Source: Paragordius varius (taxonomy: Eukaryota; Animalia; Nematomorpha). From it: 64,000 nucleotides of DNA. This document shows, in pieces, positions 13,601-24,908 of this stretch (position 1 is the stretch's first letter; each line of letters opens with the position of its first letter). The stretch lies in assembly GCA_964247055.1 (NCBI GenBank), contig OZ176050.1, forward strand, positions 11,718,001 to 11,782,000, in the 5' to 3' direction. Both the position numbers and the translations under genes were made by a program. The notes below the pieces were generated by a model. That model ran no database searches, was not told the DNA's origin, and worked only from the letters and a program-made list of their open reading frames with translations.

Positions 13601-16600
13601 ATACAATATGATTCTATTTTTGGATTTTGAAAGCTGTAGTCCACTATTAAAAATTAAAAAAAAGTAGACAGTTTACATTTTACCCAAATTTGGCATATAT
13701 ACATATGTGTATTTACCAGGTATAATCATAATTTTTTACTGTTTTTTGGGTAAAAAAACATATAAATCAATTATTTATACATCGGGCTCTACACATTTTA
13801 TCTCTCGGGTATTATAATCCCGTAGTAAAAAACTGATTATTTTTTGCGGAAAACCATTCGTCTCGCCATTTTCCAACGTCGTATTCGCAGTTCTATCAGC
13901 CATATGACGCCAGGTCACGAGAGTTTAGCGGAAAGAATTTCCCATATAAGCGATTCAATGTGTTTTTAACTGGTTTTGCTGTGTGAGAGGGATCATTGTC
14001 ATGTCGCAGAATCACTTTTCCATGACTCCTAATATTTGTTGGCGATACTGTTTATAACGATTTCACCTGGATTTAAAATTCATAATACACAATATCGCTT
14101 TGACCCACCAGACACAGAGCACGCCCACTTGCCGGTTGGCATTGGCGTTGATGGAACCGGCATGATAAGGTGAAAGCCACGATTTTTCCGCTTTAAATTA
14201 GAAAATAAAGCCGTTTCTCATCACCCATTCTAATTCGATGCAGAAATGACTTTTGGTTACGTTTGAGCAGAATTTCAGTCATTTTGCCCATTTGGCAATT
14301 TTAATAGTAAACTCATTTTCGAATTGGTCCCATTTTTGATATTTTTTATGTCATATGTAATGCTTCTGCCAATTGTTGTTAAGTTTGCGTTGGGTCATCC
14401 AATACCAGAACTAAAGCGTTTCGCACAGTGCCACACTATTTTATATAAACTCCCAACTTTAAATATTTCCATACTATGTTTCACTGTTTATCGATAGAGC
14501 TAGCTCAACATATACTTTTAGCAAACAATAACTTTCAAAAGTCTATTTCATATGTTGGCAATGCCTGCCTCAAATGTCTGTTTCCGGCCCAATTCGGCAT
14601 GATTACTAAATCAATACGACGCTAGTTTTGGCAAACTTAAATTGTGCATGTTTCGTTTAAAGTCAGATGAACAAAATGAGATCTGTGTCAAATTGATTTG
14701 CGTACTTTTCGACGTCTTTTTTTTAGTTGAACCGATATTAACTTAGGACTATACCTGGTTTATATATATATATATATATATATATTTATAAATTTATGAT
14801 GCTCATAGGTGATGAAAATCCTTTTTTGTTTGATGTCGATATTCCAAAATTAAATGATAACTTTTCGCTAAATAATGTCAACATATTGCACTATTCTACA
14901 TTCACTCTTTTAAAGTAAGTTTACATATAATTTATCATTATAAAATTAATTATTTTTATGCTTATCTCTATCCAGGCATGTCGATGTGAAAGTCTCTAGT
15001 AACAAAAGCGAAATTATTATAAAACACGATTCCATGATGTATAATACACAGAAATACATGATAAAAAATTTGGATAGAGTTTTCATGTTTTTCAATAAAA
15101 CAAATCTATGGTCGTCTTGCAAAGTTCAATTCAAAAATGATGTAAATATATAAATAATTTAACTATAGTTTATAATAATGAATGGAATCTCTGACTAGAA
15201 TAAAACTTTAAGCCATATTATTGGCTTTAGGGGTACCTTAATTGGCGCAGAGAGAGAACAAAATTAAAAATGTAGGTATGCAGGTTTTTCGCTTAAAACT
15301 TTGAAAATCATTTTACATTAATTGATCTGTCTGTAAGATACAATAGCATATGATATATAACTCTTAGCTATGTATATAAAATTAATGCTTAAGTACAGGC
15401 AAAAAATGGATATTTTTACGACAACCAATATAAGTTCTACTTGTATGGTGAGAGGTAATCCTCATTTTAATAATTATAAATGAAATATTTCATCATCATT
15501 TGATTACGCATAAATATTTTTATAATATCGTTTTTGACTTCTAAATTTAAAAATAAATACAGTATGGTTGTTATGTATAATAACTTAATTGTTTTTGTTA
15601 ACTTAACTCAATTAATCTTATTTTAGTTACCTTTGAAAATATAATTTGTGCATAATACACCTTTGTACTTGTTACGCTAAAAATGTATATTATCTTGGTT
15701 GTGAATGCTTTTACCTAAATAAATATTATTGAACCTTATGCAAATATATAACTTGTGAATGCTTTCATCTAAATATTGAAATATTTAACCTTATGCAAAA
15801 ATGCAACCTCGCTCTAAAACTATATATAATGGAACATAGTTTTTTATGATATAAAATAAATTCCTTTTTTCCGCTTATTACATTTGACGCGGTCGATTTT
15901 TGTTTTTTGTATTACGTTGTATTCATTATTATGGAAAAAATAAGTATTGAAAGTTATAAAATCAATAATAATTTTACGGAATATATTAAATTTACGAAGA
16001 AATTTAGTAATTAAAGGAATACAGGATAATAATGAAAATATTAAAGCCATCTTTCTTGCCCAATCCGGTATTGATAACATTTCTAAAATGGAACAATTCT
16101 TTTACCCCGTTAATATTGAAAACATATCTTGGGAGGAGATTTATGAAGCTGGGGTGAAAATATTTCAGCCAACCAAAAATACTTTTTTATCCCGATTCGA
16201 ATTTTTTAGAGCGGAACGATTAGCGGGTGAAGAATTCTTGGAATTTTTTATAAGACTCAAAAATATGGCCGCTGCATGCGAATTCAAAGGAAACGTTGAC
16301 GAATTAATACGGGACGTGTTTATATGTGGGTTGAAGGAGAAAAAACTAGAGACTGAACTGCTGAACAGGTACCCAAAGGCATTAGACAACGACATACCAG
16401 TGGGATTAAATAAGGTTCTAAATCTGGCATTAGCGTATGAAAATTCTCACCTGGAAGTGAACTCAGTGAGGGCAATATATAATAATGAAAGTATTAATAA
16501 TGGTAATAATAATGGTATTACTAATGGTAATAATAATGAAACTTTTAATGATGGTAGTATTAATAATAATGAAATATATCTGGTAAGACGCAAACCTGTC

Positions 16601-19600
16601 GTAAAATCGTGTTTTAAATGCGGTCGCGCCCACAAATACGGATGCTGCCCAGCGTTTGGGAAGGTATGTTTCAAATGTCAGGGTAGAAATCATTTCGGAA
16701 GCCAATGCCAAAACAAATATGCTGGCAATAACAGGTATGTGAATAATATCGTAAATAAACCTAAAATAAATGTAAAAATAAACTCAACCCACGTCGAAAT
16801 GTTATTCGACACGGGGGCCGACATATCTTTAATAAATTTTAGCACGTGGGTTAAAATAGGAAAGCCTAAAATAAAACCCATTTATTTTAACATAAACACT
16901 TATGATAATAATCCTTTACACATAATAGGAGAGACAACTGTAACTCTTGAATTAAATAAATTAAAAAAGATAACAAAATGCTTTATTACGAAGAGACATC
17001 TTCCTCTAATATTTGGCATGGATTGGATCCAGCTATTCAATATCTCATTGCCTAACGAATTATATATTAATAAATTATATCACACAAATGATATTTACAA
17101 TAAATTTAAGTCTTTATTTGATAACAAATTGGGTTGTTGGAAAGGGGAACCTATAAAGATATTTTTAGAAAACAATAGTAGGGGACGGGTATTTCCGGCT
17201 AGAAGGGTTCCCTTGGCCTTACAAGAGAAATTAAGTGGAGAGATCAAAAGGTTAGTATCCTTAAAAATTATTGAACCAGTAGACCCCAAGCAATCTAAAA
17301 TTTGTTGGTCCAGTCCTATAGTAAACGTATTAAAGTCAAATAATGAATTAAGAATATGCGCAGATTTTAAAGTGTCCATAAACAAATACATTAAAACACC
17401 TCAATATATAATACCCACATTTGATGATTTGATTTCCAAAATTTCACATGGTAAGACGTTTTCAACATTAGATTTAAAAGATGCTTATCTTCAGATTCCA
17501 GTGCATCCGGAATCTCAAAATCTTCTCACAATATCCCCACCTCTTGGGTTTTTTAAATATACTAGGCTCCCTTTTGGTCTGTCGTGCGCACCTAGTTTTT
17601 TCCAACAAATCATGGATGAGCTATTAGGAGATTGTAAGGGAACAGCGGTCTATTTAGATGATGTAATTGTTACGGGGGAAACGGATGAGGAGCATTATAG
17701 AAACCTAACACAAGTATTTGAAAGATTAGAACGAATGGGTCTTAAATTAAAAAAAGATAAAATAAAGCTTTTTCAACAGGAAGTAGAATATTTGGGGTTT
17801 ACTATATCAGAAAAAAGTATAAAACCAGCGAGCAGTAAGATTAAAGCCATTCGCGAGTGTCCAGCCCCTAAAGATAAAACAAGTCTCCGTTCGTTTTTGG
17901 GCCTTTTAAACTTTCATTCACGATTTATACCTTCTCTAAATACAATTGTTAACGAACTCCATCAGCTAGCTGGTTCCAAAAAGAAATGGTGTTGGACCGA
18001 GGTACACCAAAATATTTTTGAAAGGGCGAAGCTATTAATAGGGAATAACAGCCGCCTCTTCCCTTTTAACCCCAGACTTCCCCTTATTCTAGAAACGGAT
18101 GCATCTGGGGAGGGGTTTGGGGCCATTTTGTCGCACAGAACGTCGGAAGGTAAACGACCCATTGCATATTTTTCAAAAAAATGTTCCCCGGCAGAAAAAA
18201 ATTATTCGGTTATAGAAAAAGAGGCAAAAGCCATTGTATTGGCTCTAGAGAAATTTAAAACATTTTTATATGGTAGAAAATTTGAGATTAGAACAGATCA
18301 TAAACCTCTTATCAAATTATTCGGGCAGCAACGTGTATTAAGCGAGCTAAACAATAGTAAATTGCTAAGATGGATTTCAAAAACATCCATTTTCGACTTC
18401 AACATAATGTACTACCCAGGAACCGAAAATCTAGCAGATTCACTATCAAGACTACCAACTGAGATAACTGAAGAGTGTGACAATGACGAGGATATAGCGC
18501 AGGAGGTCCGGTTGCTATGGTGTCAGGAGTTAAACTTAAACAAGGAGAGGGTGCTTAAGGAAACTATGAGCGATGAGACGTGTAAACAGATTAAAGCAGC
18601 ACGAAAGACTAATGATTGGTCTCATCCGGGGGTGCAGTCCTATAAACCACTGAGGAATGATATCGAAGAATCATACGGCCTTCTATATTTAGGTGACCGC
18701 CTTATTGTGCCTCAAAGCATGAGGGTTGATGTTCTTAACTATCTTCATAAAGGTCATCCGGGTATACAGTCCATGAAAGCGTTAGGTAAGAGTGGTGTGT
18801 TTTGGCCGAATATGAACCAGGAAATTGAAAAATGGGTGCAAGGCTGCTCAAATTGTCAAAAGTCACGGTTCAACATTGCAGTAAGCCCGACGTATAAATG
18901 GAACCCGAACACCACCGTTTGGGAGCGATTGCATCTCGATATAGCGGGGCCCGCAGATAACCTTTACTGGGTCATACTTATAGATCACTGCACCCGTTGG
19001 GTGGAAGTAGCACAGCTTAAAACAGTGAACTCGATCAGTATTTTGAAAGTTTTAGAAGGTTGGTTTGCACGATATGGCACCCCAGAGATGATCGTAACTG
19101 ATAATGCGTCGTATTTTAAGTCCGGTGATTTTGAAAGAATATTAAGTTCCTCTAATATCAAGCATGTAACCTCTGCGCCATACCACCCTCGGACAAATGG
19201 TTTAGTGGAAAGGGTCATTCAAACATTGAAAACGCACTATCATATGTGTTCTGAAGTAGCAGATCCAGAACGCCGGTTAAACCAGGTACTGTGGGCTTAC
19301 AGATCAGCACATCACAATGGTATAAATGAGACACCTGCACGACTATTCCTAAAACGAAATATACCGACTCCGCTGTCCTGGATGAAAGGCAAACCAAAGG
19401 ATTATATCGATGGTACCTCAGATATTATACGTGAGTTCGTTCCAGGTGAGAAAGTGTTTATAAAAAATGAGTTGGAAGCTGGTTGGCGAGAGGGAAAAGT
19501 TGTAGAGCGGACTGGATTATTGTCCTACAATATCGAAGATAGAGGGAGGGTTTTACGAAAGCATACGGATCAATTAAGAAGGCGAAAAGAAGGTCCCGAT

Positions 19601-22600
19601 GAACTTAAGCTAGACGACCCGAAAGAATTGGATAAGCTAGACTACCCGAAAGAATTGGAATCGGAACAACAGAATAATAATGATAATATCATAGCCACCC
19701 CATTGCATGGTCCTCCTATTGATGACAATATTTATAATGATGATACCAATCCTTCCCCGGATATTTGTCAAGATTTCCACAATAATCAGCAAAGTCCCAA
19801 CGACGATAAGATTGCAGAACCCCCAAGCTTTGAAGTACCAGTGGAGAGACGCTATCCTACCAGAAACCGAAAAGCCCCTGACAGATACACAAATCACTTT
19901 TAAATTAGATAGGAGATATGTTATGTATAATAACTTAATTGTTTTTGTTAACTTAACTCAATTAATCTTATTTTAGTTACCTTTGAAAATATAATTTGTG
20001 CATAATACACCTTTGTACTTGTTACGCTAAAAATGTATATTATCTTGGTTGTGAATGCTTTTACCTAAATAATATAATATTGAACCTTATGCAAATATAT
20101 AACTTGTGAATGCTTTCATCTAAATATTGAAATATTTAACCTTATGCAAAAATGCAACCTCGCTCTAAAACTATATATAATGGAACATAGTTTTTTATGA
20201 TATAAAATAAATTCCTTTTTTCCGCTTATTACAATGGTTAAGTATGCATTGCTAGAAAGTTATCAATTATTGCCAAAGTCAACTAAGGGCAGTATTATTA
20301 GCTTATAGTTATTTTTTCATATTTTACTATTAATAGCCAATAATACTGCCCTTTGTTGTATATACTATTTGGCAATAATTAATAACTTTCTAGCAATGTA
20401 TACTTACTCATACTGTAATAAGGGCTAAAATTTAATTAAGACAATGAACACTAGATACACATGCAGTGTAAAATTTTATAATAATCAACATTTTTTTCTA
20501 TAATTTATATTTTTTGGATTTATTATCAATCAGACCTTTAATTATTTATTTTGATTGAAAATAGTTAAGTTAAAATATAATTTAACGGAGCTAGTAACAC
20601 TTCGATTCAAATTGGGGTATCTAGGGATCCCAGACTAAATTTAAGTTGATATTTTTACAAAACTACCAAGTGTAAGGCATATCAAACTATTTTAACTCCA
20701 TTTTTATTTTGCAACTTTTTTGCAAAATATTGTCTTTATTTGATTCTAACGCTACGATTAAAGTAAATTATTAATATAACTCTAACATTGATATAAACAG
20801 AAAAGGTGCTTTATTTTTGGATTCATTTTTATATTTAGATAATGCTACATGTCATGTTGACTATTAGAGGTTATTTATTAAATAATATTATTTAAATGAA
20901 TCTTTATTTATATTTTGGTGCATCCATGTTCTACATGCAGACCTTTGCAGTGGTTTCAGTTTGTTCCATATTAATATTTAATTTTAAACAGGCCAGGGGT
21001 CCCCAAAGACCCCAATTTGAATAGAAGGACCAAAATGTATATGCTGTATAATTTTAATGGCTATTTCGGAATAGCTAAAGGATTATTTACATATATTTAT
21101 GATATGAATTTTTTGTTATTATTAGTTCCATATTATTGATTGATATTGTAATAATACAGTGTCGCTCGGTCGCAATGAAATATCATGTGCGTGTTTTATT
21201 GTAACTAATAAAAACGAGAAAATCTAAAACCTATAAATACCCTTTAGCCAATTTAAATACAAAACGGGCATTAGTAATTAATCTTTTGAATATGTAAGCA
21301 GTAAAATCAAATCCACACTAGCTTATAAACTTTTAAATAACTGTTCTTCTCTGAACGCCATTCAAAAGAAACAAGCTATAATATAGCATGATGGCGTGTG
21401 TCCTTATTTGCATGTTTTTTAACTATAAATTTATATTCAATAATTAAACCATTTATTTTTATCAAAAGTATAATAAGTTACCACAATTATGGTATTTTAT
21501 GGCTATAAATTGAAATCATTAAGTCTTATATATATATATATATATATAATTTCTTTATCCACTTATTTAGCAAATTTTCACCGACAAAAACGAAAAGAAT
21601 CAAAGTCACCATGTAACAATACAATATCCATGTATAGGCAAGTGGGAAAATATTTACTATAATAGTTCAATCGAGGTAGTTTAAATTTATATTATATTCT
21701 GTCAAAATAATTATTACGCTTGATTTAAACCAAGAGTGTCCAACACAAATGGCTTCGCCGGCCGCATTTAGGGACAAAAAAATCCGACGGGCCACAATCG
21801 CAAAATACATAGTCATTAACAAATATTTTATTAGATTTGAAACATAAAACTGTAAGAACTACTATTTATTTTAACAGTTTTGGCTAGTTCATTGCCGAAA
21901 TTCAGAAAAATTTATTCTTTAAATTTGGAATTCTCGCCGCCTGTTGACGGCACTACCACTGATTTTAATTGTTTTTTGTGTGGAATCAGAACCATTAGAT
22001 TTTTTATTAAAACTAACGGTAAAATCAGTTTGAAAACTGTTTTAGAAGCGAAACCTGTTCTAAAACCGCAAAAACGGCTACAAAAAATAGATTTGATCAG
22101 ATTTATATGCATATATAATTTTTCGAATGGAACCCAAATTGAAAATTTTTTTACTAAAAATTACGATTCTAGCAGGCATCATAAGTGAAATTTTAGGAAT
22201 TATATGTATAAATTATGAGTGATCAATTTATTCCCTATTAGTAGTAATGTCTCACAACTCCCTCACACTCTAATAATAGTAAGAATTCGATTGATGTAAA
22301 TTCTTATAAAATTTACCATTAATTGTTTATGAATAGATTTGTTTAAGATTTATATTTTTACCTACCTACTTAATATATATATACATATATATTGATGGCT
22401 AGATAATCCATCATGCTACAAACAATAGCTTAAGCCTAAATGGACAAACATATGAAACAATGTATGATGATAAAGAACCTATGGTCTTAAGCATGGTTAC
22501 TTTTAAAAAGAAAAAAGCATTCAAAAATATTGATTTCCAACAAAATTTGATTGGCCTCCAAAAACTTTATCAAAATGTATTCTATAAAAAATCCACCATA

Positions 22601-22678
22601 TACTATGTTGTACTCTCAAATGTATCTGATACCACCGTACCAAACCCTGCTGATGATGTTTTAAAAAAATTCGACTAA
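10656..22678 (+). CDS. Paralog B: unrecognised 345-aa putative secreted glycoprotein, 7 exons
   Basis: Exons 10656-10753 (MMIRSFLLSGLLALLIS, signal-peptide-like), 12313-12469, 12496-12588, 13072-13213, 14809-14914, 14976-15141 and 22403-22678 total 1038 nt, in frame to TAA. The model needs a 26-nt intron (12470-12495). The last intron contains the LTR element. Confidence 0.65.
13716..14758 (-). mobile_element. Degenerate, internally deleted mariner (Mos1/mauritiana-like) in an intron of paralog B
   Basis: Ends TA|CCAGGTATA ... TATACCTGG; the right TIR reads CCAGGT...AATATCGGTT like Mos1. Frameshifted minus-strand remnants KSFLHRIRMGDEKR, LCVWW, YYE..PGE, KVILRHDNDPSHTAKPVK and WEIL..DLA match mariner catalytic-domain motifs. 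Confidence 0.9.
15569..20233 (+). mobile_element. Full-length Ty3/Gypsy LTR retrotransposon (Mag/K02A2.6-like), 4665 bp
   Basis: TG...CA LTRs at 15569-15882 (314 bp) and 19919-20233 (315 bp), identical apart from one small AT-rich cluster. 5-bp TSD ATGGT at 15564-15568 and 20234-20238. PBS-like TGACGCGGTCG at 15885-15895; short purine tract AGATAGGAGA before the 3' LTR. Confidence 0.97.
15931..19903 (+). CDS. Gag-Pol polyprotein with a frameshift near the gag start
   Basis: The long ORF contains Gag, two zinc knuckles (CFKCGRAH..C, CFKCQGRNHFGSQC), protease FDTGA, RT YLDD, RNase H TDASG, integrase H..HPG..C..C and DDE core, in PR-RT-RH-IN order. The natural ATG (15931, MEKISIESY...) is in a different frame from the long ORF. 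Confidence 0.93.
20241..20404. mobile_element. Hairpin MITE (same family as 5355-5515)
   Basis: TA|AGTATGCATTGCTAGAAAGTTA ... TAACTTTCTAGCAATGTATACT|TA with additional internal inverted repeats. Confidence 0.8.
20598..21050. mobile_element. piggyBac-type MITE, truncated copy
   Basis: Left end CACTTCGATTCAAATTGGGGTA and right subterminal ACCCCAATTTGAATAGAAGG; the terminal AAGTGTTAA is missing. Confidence 0.6.
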
Positions 22679-23014
22679 CTCATCGGAAAATTGACAAATG
22701 ATTAAAATCTCCTTAGATGCAAACATCCATTATTAATTTTAAAAATTTAATTTTGCGTCAAAATTAAATAAATTATGGGACGAATATGTAATTTAAGAAC
22801 ACGTTTTTTAAGATTAAAATTTAAGCGGATTCTTATTTTAAATACACGTTGGTTTTTATTTATTATTATAATGCAAAAATCATAATAGCATAATAATGAA
22901 AAAGTCCAAAATATTCTTCATAGATTTTCACAAAAATTTATAATTATAATGAAACTGTTATATAATGGACTTAATATACAGTGCATTGGTGGTACAAATA
23001 TATCCTAATAAAAC

Positions 23015-23047
<33 letters not shown>

Positions 23048-24063
23048 TCTCATAGAAATGATCATGAGGATCACATGCACATTTAAAAAAGTTTTTTCCA
23101 TTTTTGTCGTGATTGCTACATATAAAGTCGCAAAATTAACGCACATTATATCAATTTTTTTTCTTGTTAAAGGAGCTTTCGATATCATAAAAACATCTGC
23201 TAAAAAATTCAATCACCTCGAAATTTTGTTAAGAGATTCGTTTGTTTGTAAAGTATATTTATTGTATTTTTTATATTTACCCAAATTTCGAAAACAAATG
23301 GAAAAGTATACATTGCTAGAAATATTGACTATTTCCAAATAGATACAACAAAGGGCAAAATTATTGGCTTATAATTAATTTTTTTACATTTTACTATTAT
23401 TAGCCAATAATAATCCTCTTTGCATATGCTATTTGGACAATAATTAGTAACTTTCTAGCAATATATACTTACTCATACTAATTCTAAGGTAATATAAATA
23501 TGCATCGAATTTTATATATGCGTTTTTAGAATATTTTAAAGTGTTATTATACTGTTCTCACCATGTTTTAAGATACCATAAAATACGCTTCAACATTTTA
23601 ATTTTACTTTGTAAATATTTATTATATTGACAAAACCAAAAGCACCATGAAAGTCCTGATGCATTTTTCAATCGGAATGTATATTCATCAGGATATTTTT
23701 TTAATATTATGTATATATTAATATGCTTTTATTTTACAAGTTAATTTAGAGTCTAAAAATAAATCGACATTTAAACAATGAAAACAGCTGAGTATAAAAT
23801 TATATTAAAAATTATTGTCAGAATGTAAACAAAAGCATTTTTATTAATTCTATTTTTAACTATAACATTTTTTGCCGGTTCGATATTTAGCGGCTTAAAT
23901 TTCTGATAATAATTTTTGAAAAACACATAAAATTTTAAAACTGCTAGTCAAGACTTTCTACCACAAATGGCTTAACCCGCCTCCTTTATAAAGATATTGT
24001 CTTATTAAATATTTATAGCTTGAACTTAAAACTGAATAAAATAAAACAAATAACTATATTTAT

Positions 24064-24908
24064 TTGCATTATGGATTAGGCTGAATCAGTATGTTTTAGA
24101 ATGATATAATGTAATATCAGCAAATTAATAACAAATTTATTAATGAATTTTCGTTAGAATCATCTAACTTCTTCGGATAAAGATAAAAATAAAATTAAAA
24201 TAAAGATACAAATAAAATTATAAAATATTTTATAAAAATAAGGATGTGTATTTATTTATAAAGAAATCCGTTACTGGGTTAACACGATTAATTTCTTTTT
24301 GTCTGTTAATCAATTTATCTTCCTTATTTATATAGTAACTTTCTTTTAATACTCTTCTAGTGTCATTTTTTTCGTTATCTAAAATCTCAACGTTTTCCCA
24401 ATCAATTTTGTGTCTGTACTTGTGTGCATGATATGCAAGTGCCGACACATTTACTTTGTTTCTTCTTTCTGCGGCTTTGTGTTCTTTTATTCGAGTATTT
24501 ATACCTCTTTTTGTCTGTACACAAAGCCGCAGAAAGAAGAAACAAAGTAAATGTGTCGGCACTTGCATATCATGCACACAAGTACAGACACAAAATTGAT
24601 TGGGAAAACGTTGAGATTTTAGATAACGAAAAAAATGACACTAGAAGAGTATTAAAAGAAAGTTACTATATAAATAAGGAAGATAAATTGATTAACAGAC
24701 AAAAAGAAATTAATCGTGTTAACCCAGTAACGGATTTCTTTATAAATAAATACACATCCTTATTTTTATAAAATATTTTATAATTTTATTTGTATCTTTA
24801 TTTTAATTTTATTTTTATCTTTATCCGAAGAAGTTAGATGATTCTAACGAAAATTCATTAATAAATTTGTTATTAATTTGCTGATATTACATTATATCAT
24901 TCTAAAAC
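24064..24908. mobile_element. Penelope-like element 3' fragment (GIY-YIG C-terminus plus pLTR) in inverted-repeat configuration
   Basis: Arms 24093-24482 and 24519-24908 (390 bp each; no mismatch in the stretches compared) around a 36-nt spacer. The minus arm reads QTKRGINTRIKEH...SALAYHAH...HKIDWENVEILD...RRVLKESYYI. A 29-nt tail (24064-24092) is on one arm only. 12-bp TSD AACTATATTTAT at 24052-24063 and 24906-24917. Confidence 0.92.
24820..24860 (+). ncRNA. Minimal hammerhead-ribozyme-like motif in the pLTR (mirror copy 24141-24181 on -)
   Basis: CCGAAGA-A-GTTAGA(TGAT)TCTAAC-GAAA-ATT-C: core with C at position 4, a perfect 6-bp stem II, palindromic AATT stem III and a UUC cleavage triplet. 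Stem I is weak. Confidence 0.55.

Noticed and set aside
13716-14758. Idea that the mariner marks the breakpoint of the A/B duplication
   Set aside because: A/B intron similarity continues to the left of the mariner (about 13600-13715 vs 2750-2860).
16165-19976. Many short minus-strand and alternate-frame ORFs within the retrotransposon
   Set aside because: Shadow ORFs of the less AT-rich pol sequence, with no recognisable motifs; no env-like ORF.
21880-22188. 102-aa ORF and its antisense partner
   Set aside because: They lie in an intronic hAT-like repeat, and the paralogous copy near 3900-4200 does not preserve the frame.
24230-24771. Two 115-aa genes on opposite strands with identical ends
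   Set aside because: An artefact of the palindrome. Their N-termini are antisense read-through, and the real content is a truncated GIY-YIG domain.
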